From assembly GCA_035509435.1 (NCBI GenBank), contig DATJLR010000007.1, forward strand, positions 65,555-129,554: 64,000 bases of DNA, read 5' to 3'. Of this stretch, positions 27,690 to 36,229 are shown piece after piece (the first letter of the stretch is position 1; each line of letters opens with the position of its first letter). Under the pieces are notes generated by a model. That model searched no databases, was not told the origin of the DNA, and worked only from the letters and a program-made list of their open reading frames with translations. This stretch comes from Minisyncoccota bacterium (GTDB taxonomy: Bacteria; Patescibacteriota; Minisyncoccia; UBA6257; 2-01-FULL-56-20). The translations under genes and the position numbers were made by a program.

Positions 27690-28376
27690 ATGAACATCAA
27701 TTTCTTCGGAGACATTTTCTTTCCGCCGTCGTGCGTCGCCTGCGGCGATTCCCTCCCGAGCGGCGCGCTCTGCGCCGGGTGCCGGCAGGGCGTCGCGATC
27801 TTCGATACGCTCTTCTGCGGCACCTGTGCCGCGCGCCTGCCGGACCAGAAGAAGGTCTGCCATAAGGACGCGCCGTATCTCCTGGGCGCGGCGGCCTCGT
27901 ACGACGACGAGCCCCTCCGCGCGGCCATCCACGCGCTCAAATTCCAGGGGATCAAGACGGCCGCCGCGCCCATCGCGGACATCCTCGCCTCTTACGTCGC
28001 GCGCGCGGGCATCGATCTCGCGGGCTTCACCATGGCTCCCGTCCCCCTCTCCGCCGAGCGCCGCCGCGCGCGCGGTTTCAACCAGTCCGCGCTCATCGCG
28101 CGGCCGCTCGCAAAAGCGCTCGCGCTGCCGTTCGAAGAGCATCTTCTCGCCCGCATCACCCACCGCAAGCCGCAAAGTGACACCGAAGACATCTTCGAGC
28201 GGCGCCTGAACGTGCAAGGGTGCTTCGTTCTCGCGCCCGGCGCGTCGGCGCACAATAAAACCATCGTCCTTGTGGACGATGTTGTGACCTCCGGCACCAC
28301 TTTCGCCGAATGCGCCCGCGTCCTCAAGGCCGCCGGCGCCAAAAAGATCCTTGCCCTCGCCGCCGCGAAAGCGTAA
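27690..28376 (+). CDS. comFC: ComF-family phosphoribosyltransferase (competence protein ComFC)
   Basis: N-terminal Cys cluster (CVACG...CAGC...CGTC). C-terminal PRTase motif IVLVDDVVTSGTT. Confidence 0.75.
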   Translation: MNINFFGDIFFPPSCVACGDSLPSGALCAGCRQGVAIFDTLFCGTCAARLPDQKKVCHKDAPYLLGAAASYDDEPLRAAIHALKFQGIKTAAAPIADILASYVARAGIDLAGFTMAPVPLSAERRRARGFNQSALIARPLAKALALPFEEHLLARITHRKPQSDTEDIFERRLNVQGCFVLAPGASAHNKTIVLVDDVVTSGTTFAECARVLKAAGAKKILALAAAKA

Positions 28377-28388
28377 GCGATGGCGTCC

Positions 28389-29180
28389 CTACTGCGGGAG
28401 TATGTTATTGATCAGGCCGCTGATCGTGAAGAATCCCTGGTAGGTGCTCGAGAGCGCGTCGAGCGATCCCTTGATGAGCGCGAGCGGCTGGTCCGGAGAG
28501 AGATTTTCCGTGAGTGCCGTCTTTGCCTGGGTGTTGTCATTTTCGGCCGTGGCGAACGACGATTGCGCGCTCGTGAGGGCGGTCTGCAGGCCGGGATTCG
28601 GCGATGCGGCTTCAATGAACGATACCGCGCGCTCCGTCTGCGCCATCCGCGTCTCCGCCGTGCTGAAAAGATTCTGGTTTCCCGCCCACAGCATAAAACT
28701 GTCGACGTTCTCGCCGAGCGGAACGAATGTGTTCTGCCGCCACGCGAGCACTTCCTGGGCGACATCCTCCGTTCCCGCTATGCCGACGACGTCGAGCTTT
28801 GCGAGCTCCGCATTATAAAATTCGGCCGCCTCGTTCAGCCGTCCCTGGAGCTGCGCTTGCAAAAGCTGGGTGTCGCTGCCTGCCACGGTCGTGCTCGCAA
28901 GCTGTGCCTGCAACATCTGCACTTCCTGCTGGGCGCATCCGATCGTTTCGCCCACAAGCGTCTTCCGTACCGCAAGCTCGGCTTTGATCTCATCGGTGGG
29001 GCTGAGCGTCGGATCGTTCTTGATCGCCGTTATCTGCGCAATGTCGCCTGCGGTAACACCGCAATCGGTGGTGGCGGCGCGGGCCGGGCGGGGCGTCGCG
29101 ACCGTCCCGATCGCAAAAACCGCCATCGCGATGATCAGGGCGGGAAATGCTGTCCGTAAAGATATTGTTTTGTGGAACAT
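28389..29180 (-). CDS. Secreted coiled-coil hypothetical protein
   Basis: 263 aa. Signal peptide LIIAMAVFAIGTVATPRPARA. Gln/Ala-rich. Confidence 0.4.
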   Translation of the reverse strand: MFHKTISLRTAFPALIIAMAVFAIGTVATPRPARAATTDCGVTAGDIAQITAIKNDPTLSPTDEIKAELAVRKTLVGETIGCAQQEVQMLQAQLASTTVAGSDTQLLQAQLQGRLNEAAEFYNAELAKLDVVGIAGTEDVAQEVLAWRQNTFVPLGENVDSFMLWAGNQNLFSTAETRMAQTERAVSFIEAASPNPGLQTALTSAQSSFATAENDNTQAKTALTENLSPDQPLALIKGSLDALSSTYQGFFTISGLINNILPQ

Positions 29181-29692
29181 CAGTGTGAAAGTTGCTGGAG
29201 CGCCTGATCAACGGAAAGCGCCGTCGTGGAAGCGGTCGATGTCGATTCGCCGGTCGTCACCGCGGAACCGGTCGAAGTGGCTGTTCCGGCGGCGGCTTTG
29301 CCGAACGCCTTCGCGAGCGCCGTCGGGGCGGTTCCCGTGGCGGTGGACCCCGTCACCGCGGTGGAGGTCACCTGCGAGTACGCAACGTTCGCAAGCTGGA
29401 TCTGCATGTCGATCGCCTGCGCCTCCGCGTGCAATCCCTGCGGATCGATCACCGAATATTGTATGGGCGCGAGGGAACTCGTCGGCGAAAAGCTGTTCGT
29501 AAGGATCAATATGAAAAAACCGGCGAGCGCCACGGCGACGCCCGTCTCAAGCGTATGTAAAAAGATCATGATCCCGCGCATCGTCCGGCGCTCCGGCTGC
29601 GGAGAAAGCAAAATCTCGCGCTTGGAGCGTTCAGTGAACCGGGGATCCGGCTCTATGTTCTTGAACTGTTTGAGGATGTCAGAAAGTTTCAT
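29180..29692 (-). CDS. Putative membrane-anchored anti-sigma factor
   Basis: 170 aa. Cytoplasmic N-terminus, one TM (VAVALAGFFILILTNSF), Thr/Ala-rich extracytoplasmic tail. Located directly after the ECF sigma gene, with a 7-nt gap. Confidence 0.4.
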   Translation of the reverse strand: MKLSDILKQFKNIEPDPRFTERSKREILLSPQPERRTMRGIMIFLHTLETGVAVALAGFFILILTNSFSPTSSLAPIQYSVIDPQGLHAEAQAIDMQIQLANVAYSQVTSTAVTGSTATGTAPTALAKAFGKAAAGTATSTGSAVTTGESTSTASTTALSVDQALQQLSH

Positions 29693-29698
29693 GTTCTT

Positions 29699-30250
29699 TT
29701 ACTCTTCAACGTCTTCGTCGCCCAATTTTCTTTTTAGCTCCTTTACGGCGCGATGCTGGACGAGCTTCACGGCGCCTTCGGATTTTTTGAGGATCGCCGA
29801 CACCTCCTTCAACGGAAGATCTTCGATGAACCGCAAAATGATCACGTCCTGATAATCCGGCTTGAGCTCTTTGATGGCGCGATGCACCTTCTCGAGCTGC
29901 AGCTTTATGGAAAGGTCGGATTGCGCGACGGCGGGCATGACGGACGAGTCGGGATCCATTTTATCCAGGCTCACGTCGTTCTTGCGCGAGCGGTAATGGT
30001 CGATCACCATGTTCCGTGCGATCTGATACAACCAGCTCGAGAACGGATGTCCGCGGTGCCGGTACGTGCGTACCTTTGTCCACGCGGACAGAAACACATG
30101 ATGGGTGATATCCTCGGCTTCCTCACGGCTGCCGACCTTGACCACCACGAACCGGTAAATTGCCGGCTGGTAATGATCGTAGAGAGCGCCAAAAGCCGAG
30201 GAATCGCCCCCGACGGCCTTTTCTACCAGTTTTTCTTCACCGTCCAACAT
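29699..30250 (-). CDS. RNA polymerase ECF-type sigma factor (sigma-70 region 2 + region 4)
   Basis: Region 2 SWLYQIARNMVIDHYR and region 4 LPLKEVSAILKKSEGAVKLVQHRAVKELK. Confidence 0.8.
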   Translation of the reverse strand: MLDGEEKLVEKAVGGDSSAFGALYDHYQPAIYRFVVVKVGSREEAEDITHHVFLSAWTKVRTYRHRGHPFSSWLYQIARNMVIDHYRSRKNDVSLDKMDPDSSVMPAVAQSDLSIKLQLEKVHRAIKELKPDYQDVIILRFIEDLPLKEVSAILKKSEGAVKLVQHRAVKELKRKLGDEDVEE

Positions 30251-30419
30251 GTAAAACGTGAAATAGGGGGATAGGTTACGCTTTTTTCAGCAAAAATGCC
30301 CTACGCATCATAGGGCATCTTATATACGTCCATCATACCGCTTTTGGGGCGACTGGTCTAGGCATGACCCGGACAGGACGCTTGCGTTGCATCCGCGCAG
30401 CGTTTAAAATTCTCTCAAT

Positions 30420-30992
30420 ATGATCCTCTCCGACCGCGACATCAAGAAGGCACTGGCTGACGGGCGCATCAAGGTCACTCCCGAGCCGGATCTCTCGGCC
30501 CAGCTCGGCTCGTGTTCGCTCGACCTGCGGCTCGGCACCGAGGTCAAGATCTTCCGCCGCTCGAAGATCTCAACGATCGATCTCCGCGAGATGCCCGACC
30601 CCGACACGATCATGGAGAACATCGCGATCTCCGAAGAGGAGCCGCTCGTTCTCCAGCCGCACGACCTCGTGCTCGCGACCACGATGGAGTGGCTTGAGAT
30701 CGCGGACGATCTTCTGGGACGCATCGAGGGGCGCAGCTCGCTCGGCCGCCTCGGCGTCATCGTGCACGGCACGGCGTCGATATTCGATCCGGGATGGCGC
30801 GGCAAGCCGGTGATGGAGCTCGGCAACCTCGGCATCGTTCCCGTCACGCTCTACCCGGGCATGCGCGTCTGCGCGTTCACGTTCGAAGAGGTCTCAAGTA
30901 AAGTGGAAACGCCGTACTATTTAAAGAAGGGCAACAAGTATGCCGGCCAGGAAAAGCCGCTTGCGTCAAAGTTCAGCGACGACACAAAATAA
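30420..30992 (+). CDS. dcd: dCTP deaminase
   Basis: MILSDRDIKKALADGRIKVTPEPD...SCSLDLRLG N-terminus and the overall 190 aa length match Dcd. Confidence 0.8.
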   Translation: MILSDRDIKKALADGRIKVTPEPDLSAQLGSCSLDLRLGTEVKIFRRSKISTIDLREMPDPDTIMENIAISEEEPLVLQPHDLVLATTMEWLEIADDLLGRIEGRSSLGRLGVIVHGTASIFDPGWRGKPVMELGNLGIVPVTLYPGMRVCAFTFEEVSSKVETPYYLKKGNKYAGQEKPLASKFSDDTK

Positions 30993-31007
30993 ACGGCCGA
31001 CGCTACC

Positions 31008-31682
31008 ATGAAGGAAGATTCCTACGAAATTGAGATCAAGTGCCTTTTGGGCGACCGGGCGCAGGCAGAGCGTCTTCGGCAAAAAATGAAAGAGCTCGAT
31101 CCCGCGCTCGCGAGCATCGGTTCGCACCGCCAGCTCAATCATTATTTTGAGGGCAAGGGCGACCTCCGCGCCGTCGCGCGCGCGATCACGGACGAGGACG
31201 ACCGCGCATCATTTCTTGAGCTCGCGGGAAGGGCAAAGGACTTCTCGCTCCGCACGCGCGACGCCGACGGGAAGGTCCTGCTCGTAATGAAGGCGTCCAT
31301 AGACGACACGACGAGCGCGAACGGCACCGCCCGGCAGGAATTTGAAAGCGAGGTCGCCATGCCGATCGATGATCTCGACAAGATCATCCTCGACGCCGGA
31401 TTCACCTATCAGGCAAAATGGTCGCGCGAACGCCAGGAATATAAATTCTCCGGCGCGAACGTCACGATCGACAAGAACGCCGGCTACGGCTACCTTGCCG
31501 AGTTTGAAATGATAGAGAGCGACCCGTCCAAAGCGGACGCCGTAAAGGCGCGCCTGCGCAAATTAATAGAGGACGTCGGCCTCCACGAGCTCGACCAGGC
31601 GCGGCTCGCGCGGATGTTCGACCATTACAACGCCCACTGGCCCGAATACTACGGCACGGAAAAGATCTTCGTAGTGGAGTAA
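31008..31682 (+). CDS. CYTH-domain protein (triphosphate tunnel metalloenzyme)
   Basis: N-terminal YEIEIKCLL (the ExExK CYTH signature). 224 aa. Confidence 0.55.
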   Translation: MKEDSYEIEIKCLLGDRAQAERLRQKMKELDPALASIGSHRQLNHYFEGKGDLRAVARAITDEDDRASFLELAGRAKDFSLRTRDADGKVLLVMKASIDDTTSANGTARQEFESEVAMPIDDLDKIILDAGFTYQAKWSRERQEYKFSGANVTIDKNAGYGYLAEFEMIESDPSKADAVKARLRKLIEDVGLHELDQARLARMFDHYNAHWPEYYGTEKIFVVE

Positions 31683-31708
31683 AATAAATAAAAACAGCCT
31701 ATACGCCC

Positions 31709-32710
31709 ATGCCAGACGCGCGCCATCCCGAATATCAATACTTAGATCTTCTCCAGGACATCCTGGACCACGGCGAGCGGCAGGAAGACAAAGGCACGGG
31801 CGCCGTCACGCATAGCGTCTTCGGCCGCCAGCTGCGCTTCGATCTCTCGCAAGGCTTTCCCCTGCTCACCACGAAAAAAGTTTATTGGAAGGGCGTGCTG
31901 TACGAGCTCGCATGGTTTTTGTCCGGGCAATCGAACATAAAATATCTTGTCGATAACAGCGTCCACATCTGGGACGATTATCCGTACAAGATCTATCGCG
32001 AGAAGGCGGACAAGGGACAGTTGCCGCCACTCACAAAAGAAGAATTCGTGGCAAAGATCGCGGCCGACGCGGCGTTCGCAAAAGAGCATGGCGAGCTTCG
32101 CTATATTTACGGCGAGATGTGGCGGCGCTGGCCGGGCAAGAACGGCCGCACTGTGGACCAGGTGCAATGGGTGGTGGATGAGCTCAGGAAAGACCCCGAC
32201 GCGCACAACACGCTCGTCAATTCGTGGGATCCGGAATATCTTTATGGGATGGCGCTCCCGGAAGAGGCGTGCCGTTTCCCCATCTGCCACAACATGTACC
32301 AGTGCAACGTAAAGAACGGCAGGCTCTCGCTCCATCTCTACCAACGCTCGGCGGACATGTTCCTCGGCGTGCCGTTCAACATCGCGAGCTACGCGCTGCT
32401 CACCGTCATCCTCGCGCAGGCCACGGGCAACCAGCCGGGCGATTTCATCCACACGTTCGGCGACGCGCACATCTATCAGGAGCATATCAACCAGGTAAAG
32501 GAGCAGCTCTCACGCGAGCCGCGCGCGCTGCCCACGCTCACGATCGATCCCGCGATAAAAAATATCGACGACTTCAAGCCGGAGAACGTGAAGCTTGACG
32601 GCTATGATCCGCATCCGGCCATCAAAGCGGAACTCGCGCCCGCCGGCGGCCTCATCACCGATTCGTGGAAGAACTTTCTTAAAGAGAAGGACGGCTCGCA
32701 GAGTAAATAA
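31709..32710 (+). CDS. thyA: Thymidylate synthase (long form)
   Basis: Catalytic Cys context FPICHNMYQCNV plus HLYQRSADMFLGVPFNIASYALLT. 333 aa. Confidence 0.9.
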   Translation: MPDARHPEYQYLDLLQDILDHGERQEDKGTGAVTHSVFGRQLRFDLSQGFPLLTTKKVYWKGVLYELAWFLSGQSNIKYLVDNSVHIWDDYPYKIYREKADKGQLPPLTKEEFVAKIAADAAFAKEHGELRYIYGEMWRRWPGKNGRTVDQVQWVVDELRKDPDAHNTLVNSWDPEYLYGMALPEEACRFPICHNMYQCNVKNGRLSLHLYQRSADMFLGVPFNIASYALLTVILAQATGNQPGDFIHTFGDAHIYQEHINQVKEQLSREPRALPTLTIDPAIKNIDDFKPENVKLDGYDPHPAIKAELAPAGGLITDSWKNFLKEKDGSQSK

Positions 32711-33182
32711 GAAAATCGTAATCAAAGGGATTTGCCGCGTCTTTGGCGTGGGGCTCGGAAGCGACCAGCTTCCATTCTGCCGGATCAAGCTCCGGAAAGA
32801 AGGCATCGCCTTCGAACGTGCCGTGCACGAGCGTCAGATAGATCACCTGCGCCATGCCAAGCGCGGCTTTGTATATCTGCTCGCCGCCGATCACGAACGC
32901 CTCGCTGGCGTTCTCTTTTTTTGCAAGCGCGATCGCACCCTCGAGCGATCCCGCGACAAGACACCCTTCGGCGCGGTAGTCCGCATCACGGGTCACCACG
33001 ATGTTCGTGCGACCCGGCAGCGGCCGGCCGATGGACTCGAACGTCTTTCTCCCCATGATGATCGGGTGTCCCATCGTCGTCGCTTTAAAACGCGCAAAAT
33101 CCGCTGAAAGATGCCACGGGATCTTCCCGCCCGTGCCGATCACCCGGTTCTCCCCCATCGCCGTGATCAATGAAAGCTTCAT
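32679..33182 (-). CDS. folA: Dihydrofolate reductase
   Basis: MKLSLITAMGENRVIGTGGKIPWHLSADFARFKATTMGHPIIMGRKTFESIG. The 3' end overlaps the thyA 3' end by 32 bp (convergent). Confidence 0.85.
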   Translation of the reverse strand: MKLSLITAMGENRVIGTGGKIPWHLSADFARFKATTMGHPIIMGRKTFESIGRPLPGRTNIVVTRDADYRAEGCLVAGSLEGAIALAKKENASEAFVIGGEQIYKAALGMAQVIYLTLVHGTFEGDAFFPELDPAEWKLVASEPHAKDAANPFDYDFLIYSASRPSL

Positions 33183-33444
33183 GGCTGGAGCGGGTAAGGG
33201 GAGTCGGACCCCTGTCGTCTGATTGGCAACCAGATGTAATACCGTTATACGATACCCGCTTTTACCGATTCATTATATAGTGCTCCGCGGAAAAATCAAT
33301 CCACGATTCATGTGCTCCCGCGTGGTCTCGGAATTTGAGCGCAGTAATTTTCAACAGTCCCCACAAGCATTTTGAGGATTTTAGAAAATCCATCTTCTCC
33401 TTTCTTATAAAGCACCTCGGTCACTCACTTCCATCGATCACTGA

Positions 33445-33840
33445 TTAGAATCCCGATCCTGTAAACACGCCGAACATAAATCCCTCGAAAAGGAAAAAGA
33501 GGGCCACTGCCAGTCCAATTCCGTTTAAAATATTCATACCAAAAGCAATCGTTGCCATCGCGCCTTTCTTTTTTGGGATTATAGATGAAGCCCTGCTCCT
33601 CAAAAAAGCTTGGAATATAAAAAGTATGAGCGCGGCGCAAAAGAATAGAAACGACACCGTGAACGCCTCCTGAAGTGAGGTTACTTGGATAACCCCAAGA
33701 TTCCCTCCGTTTGTTTCGAAAGATTGTAGGTTAAGCGCTATCAGCCAGCAGACAAAAGAAGCGCATCCCAGGGCAAAGGATATAAGATTCAAATTACGAG
33801 CCTTGACGTCGCTACTATCTACGACCGTGTCCTCGTTCAT
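33445..33840 (-). CDS. Hypothetical membrane protein
   Basis: 131 aa. 3-4 hydrophobic helices. Sits in an AT-richer stretch. Confidence 0.35.
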   Translation of the reverse strand: MNEDTVVDSSDVKARNLNLISFALGCASFVCWLIALNLQSFETNGGNLGVIQVTSLQEAFTVSFLFFCAALILFIFQAFLRSRASSIIPKKKGAMATIAFGMNILNGIGLAVALFFLFEGFMFGVFTGSGF

Positions 33841-33906
33841 ATTTCAAATTTTAGCATATTATTCAAAACCGTGACCAAGACCTCTCGGTCTGGTCTCACT
33901 GCCATG

Positions 33907-33978
33907 TGCCCCCGTGAGGAATCGAACCTCAATTACAAGATCCGCAATCTTGCGTCCTATCCGTTGAACGACGAGGGC
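33907..33978 (-). tRNA. tRNA-Arg, anticodon GCG (unusual isoacceptor), 72 nt
   Basis: Manual fold of the minus strand: acceptor GCCCTCG/CGGGGGC, D arm GTTC-AACGGATA-GGAC, anticodon arm CAAGA-TTGCGGA-TCTTG (U33, GCG, G37), variable loop TAAT, T arm TGAGG-TTCGATT-CCTCA, discriminator A. CCA is not encoded. Confidence 0.6.
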
Positions 33979-33985
33979 GTCCCGC

Positions 33986-34061
33986 GGGGAGAGGGGCAAT
34001 AGTATGTTTCGCTCCGGCGTCGGAACGCCCACTCGCTCAACATACTATTGCCCCTCTCCCC
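33986..34061. repeat. Perfect 23-bp inverted repeat with a 30-nt loop, next to the tRNA-Arg 5' end
   Basis: GGGGAGAGGGGCAATAGTATGTT (33986-34008) and AACATACTATTGCCCCTCTCCCC (34039-34061). The loop itself is partly symmetric (cgctccggcg...cgcccactcgctc). Confidence 0.65.
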
Positions 34062-34116
34062 GCTTGCCGCTATATGATAAAAACAAACGAAGCCATCCGA
34101 CCCTCGCTATAGCGTA

Positions 34117-34584
34117 CTAGAAACGGAGGAATTTTTCAATGGAATCGATGAGCGACGGCTCGTGCTCGATCTCCTTCAGCAGACCCTTAAGGTTCGCGCG
34201 GATCTCCGCCACCTTTTCGTCGGGCACAATGATCATGAGCGGCGGATGGATGCGCGAGCGGAAATTGAACATCACATCGGTCCATTCCGTGCCGACGGCA
34301 TCCGCGCTCCAGCTCTCGAACTCCTTTAAAAGATACGTCTTATATCCCCCGATGCCGATCGAGTCGTCCCTCAATGTGAATTCTGTCATCCGCGGGACCT
34401 TGTTGCCCCATACGATGAACAGCACTTCTGCGACCACAATGAAGAAGCCGAAAAGGAAATTCCTCTGCCACACCGAAAATGCGATGATGAGCGCGGCGGC
34501 GATGATGGAGATCCAGTACCACGACACATCCTTCTCGCGGTATTCGAACTCCGGCGCCTCCCATGTGACCTCGAATTTTGCCAT
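34117..34584 (-). CDS. Hypothetical membrane protein (two N-terminal TM helices + cytoplasmic domain)
   Basis: 155 aa. WYWISIIAAALIIAFSVWQRNFLFGFFIVVAEVLFIVWG. Confidence 0.4.
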   Translation of the reverse strand: MAKFEVTWEAPEFEYREKDVSWYWISIIAAALIIAFSVWQRNFLFGFFIVVAEVLFIVWGNKVPRMTEFTLRDDSIGIGGYKTYLLKEFESWSADAVGTEWTDVMFNFRSRIHPPLMIIVPDEKVAEIRANLKGLLKEIEHEPSLIDSIEKFLRF

Positions 34585-34613
34585 GCCTCTATTTTACCAC
34601 AATTCCGCTGCCA

Positions 34614-35039
34614 TCATCCGGGCGCCGGAAGCCGCACTCTTAAATAGGAACGGTGGGGGCGGGTGAAGATCCGCACGATGGCGATGTTCATTGCGGCGGC
34701 GGCGCGTGTGCCCTGCAAAACACCGGCGAGCATCACGATGCCCTGCTCAGTTAGGGCATATGGCCGGGAACGCCGTATCTGATTATATTCTGAAATCACA
34801 AATTGTGATTTCAGAGCGCTGAATTCAACTGCGCTAAGCTGAAACACGAATGACTGATCCGGAAAGCAGGCCTTGTTCCGCTTGATCGCCTGAACCAAGA
34901 TACGAGGCTCGATCCCATACAAACCGGCGAGGTGCGTGCTCAAAATAATCCTTTTCTCACGGATAAATACCATGCGTTCCTGCATCTGTCCAAGCAATGC
35001 GCTTTCCTTTTTGCTCAGCGGGGGCATGTTCACAATCAT
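34614..35039 (-). CDS. ORF6N (KilA-N-like) DNA-binding domain protein
   Basis: MVFIREKRIILSTHLAGLYGIEPRILVQAIKRNKACFPDQSFVFQLS...RRSRPYALTEQGIVMLAGVL matches the ORF6N pattern (IR..RVILD.DLA.LYGV...LNQAVKRN..RFP.DFMFQLT...PYAFTEQGVAML). Confidence 0.6.
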   Translation of the reverse strand: MIVNMPPLSKKESALLGQMQERMVFIREKRIILSTHLAGLYGIEPRILVQAIKRNKACFPDQSFVFQLSAVEFSALKSQFVISEYNQIRRSRPYALTEQGIVMLAGVLQGTRAAAAMNIAIVRIFTRPHRSYLRVRLPAPG

Positions 35040-35175
35040 AGCGGTCGCCCATTAAGATCTTCTTAAATTGCCGCTCGCGGGTGCCCCTAATGAAAACCAC
35101 CGCCTCACGCGGTGGTTTTCATTTGGCCGCCAGTGGCGACCGATACTACTGAAGAAGGATCCTTTCTCAGTAATG

Positions 35176-35451
35176 CTAGAGCACTGCTTCTTTGAGAAGC
35201 TTGCCGGCACGGAACTTCGGCTTGATCGATGCCTTGATCTGGATCTTCTCGCCGGTCTTGGGGTTGCGGCCCTCGCGCGCAGCACGCTTGGCGACGCGGA
35301 ACGTGCCGAATCCCGTGATGGCGACCTCTTCCCCGCGGCCCATGGTCTTCACGATCGTGTCAAAGACGGCATCCACTGCCCTCTCCGCGGCCGCCTTCGT
35401 TTCCATTCCGGTGGCCTTCATGACCGCTTCCACCAATCCTTTCTTGTTCAT
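35176..35451 (-). CDS. hup: HU-family DNA-binding protein
   Basis: MNKKGLVEAVMKATGMETKAAAERAVDAVFDTIVKTMGRGEEVAITGFGTFRVAKRAAREGRNPKTGEKIQIKA. The HU arm motif is intact. Confidence 0.85.
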   Translation of the reverse strand: MNKKGLVEAVMKATGMETKAAAERAVDAVFDTIVKTMGRGEEVAITGFGTFRVAKRAAREGRNPKTGEKIQIKASIKPKFRAGKLLKEAVL

Positions 35452-35502
35452 AATGATAATATTGGTTTCTTTGCCGACCTTTCATGCGTTAAGCTCTCTT
35501 TT

Positions 35503-35511
35503 ATTATAGCA
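35503..35511 (-). promoter_or_regulatory. Extended -10 (TGCTATAAT) upstream of hup
   Basis: Minus-strand reading cccttgattttgcTATAATaaaagag, ~50 nt upstream of the hup ATG. Confidence 0.35.
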
Positions 35512-35570
35512 AAATCAAGGGTTTTCTGCACAAGGGGGTGGCCAGTCATTAAAAAACCATTAAAAAAGAT

Positions 35571-35684
35571 TTGACGGAAAGGGCGGGAAGGATACAATCA
35601 TTAGGACGTTACAAAGGAGCAATCCGTCATAAGCGAAGGACTCATTGGCGGCCCATAGCGATATGGGCCTTTGTTGTATTTATT
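35571..35684 (+). ncRNA. Candidate small RNA: sigma70-like promoter (TTGACG-N16-TACAAT, 35571-35598) + ~80 nt + intrinsic terminator (35650-35684)
   Basis: TTGACGgaaagggcgggaaggaTACAAT, then a transcript ending in the hairpin GGCCCATAGCGATATGGGCC plus tttgttgtatttatt. No convincing ORF in between (the 35645..36031 track ORF starts inside the terminator). Confidence 0.3.
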
Positions 35685-36084
35685 CCTTTGTCGGAATATA
35701 TTGTGTCAAAAGCCACTTTTTATCCTTCCCGTCCCAATCCAATCGTATGATGGTGATATTTCCGTCCCCTTCGTTCAAAAGGCGCACCCTATTGCGAGAC
35801 CGGCTGACCACTTTTGAACACATAAACGTCTTTTCAAGGTGCCGTAACGATTCCGGATGTTTTTGCTCCAATTTTGCCAGCCCATATCCTTCATCGCTCT
35901 GTAAGTCGTATTTTCCATATACGAGATCGATGTTGTCTCCAATCTCCGGATGGCTCAACGCGCTTTGTATCTCTCCTGATTTTTTCTTTAACAGAAAATC
36001 GACCGCCTCCTGTCCTTTTATTCCCGTATAAATATCCCCAAACTCCCCGCGGCCGATCTTTCTTCCGACATGATGGTTTTCCAT
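35680..36084 (-). CDS. Hypothetical protein (possible phage/toxin-associated nuclease-like domain)
   Basis: 134 aa: GRGEFGDIYTGIKGQEAVDFLLKKKSGEIQSALSHPEIGDNIDLVYG. I do not recognise the family with confidence. Confidence 0.3.
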   Translation of the reverse strand: MENHHVGRKIGRGEFGDIYTGIKGQEAVDFLLKKKSGEIQSALSHPEIGDNIDLVYGKYDLQSDEGYGLAKLEQKHPESLRHLEKTFMCSKVVSRSRNRVRLLNEGDGNITIIRLDWDGKDKKWLLTQYIPTKE

Positions 36085-36149
36085 TCCGCCATGATACCCG
36101 CGCGAGGATTAAATGGAGATAAATTAAAGATTAAAAATAAACAAAGTCT

Positions 36150-36190
36150 CCCAAAACAAAACAGCCCCGAAGGGCTGTTTTGTTTCTTGA
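36150..36190 (-). terminator. Bidirectional intrinsic terminator downstream of the 1089 aa surface-protein gene
   Basis: AACAGCCC-CGAA-GGGCTGTT hairpin flanked by A-run/T-run (ccaaaacaaa ... ttttgtttctt). Confidence 0.55.
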
Positions 36191-36229
36191 CCCAAAAGTC
36201 ACAAGCTATCGGGTCATGGAGCTGGATGA

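Larger units (their letters stand above)
33200..36200. other. AT-richer islet next to tRNA-Arg carrying ORF6N, hup and hypothetical genes (possible degraded integrated element)
   Basis: Composition shift. tRNA gene with a 23-bp perfect inverted repeat next to it. KilA-N/ORF6N gene. No integrase detected. Confidence 0.3.

Noticed and set aside
30251-30419. Hairpin ATGCCCTACGCATCATAGGGCAT between the ECF sigma gene and dcd, as a possible riboswitch
   Set aside because: A single short stem-loop in a divergent promoter region. More likely an operator or simple secondary structure, and there is too little conserved structure to call.
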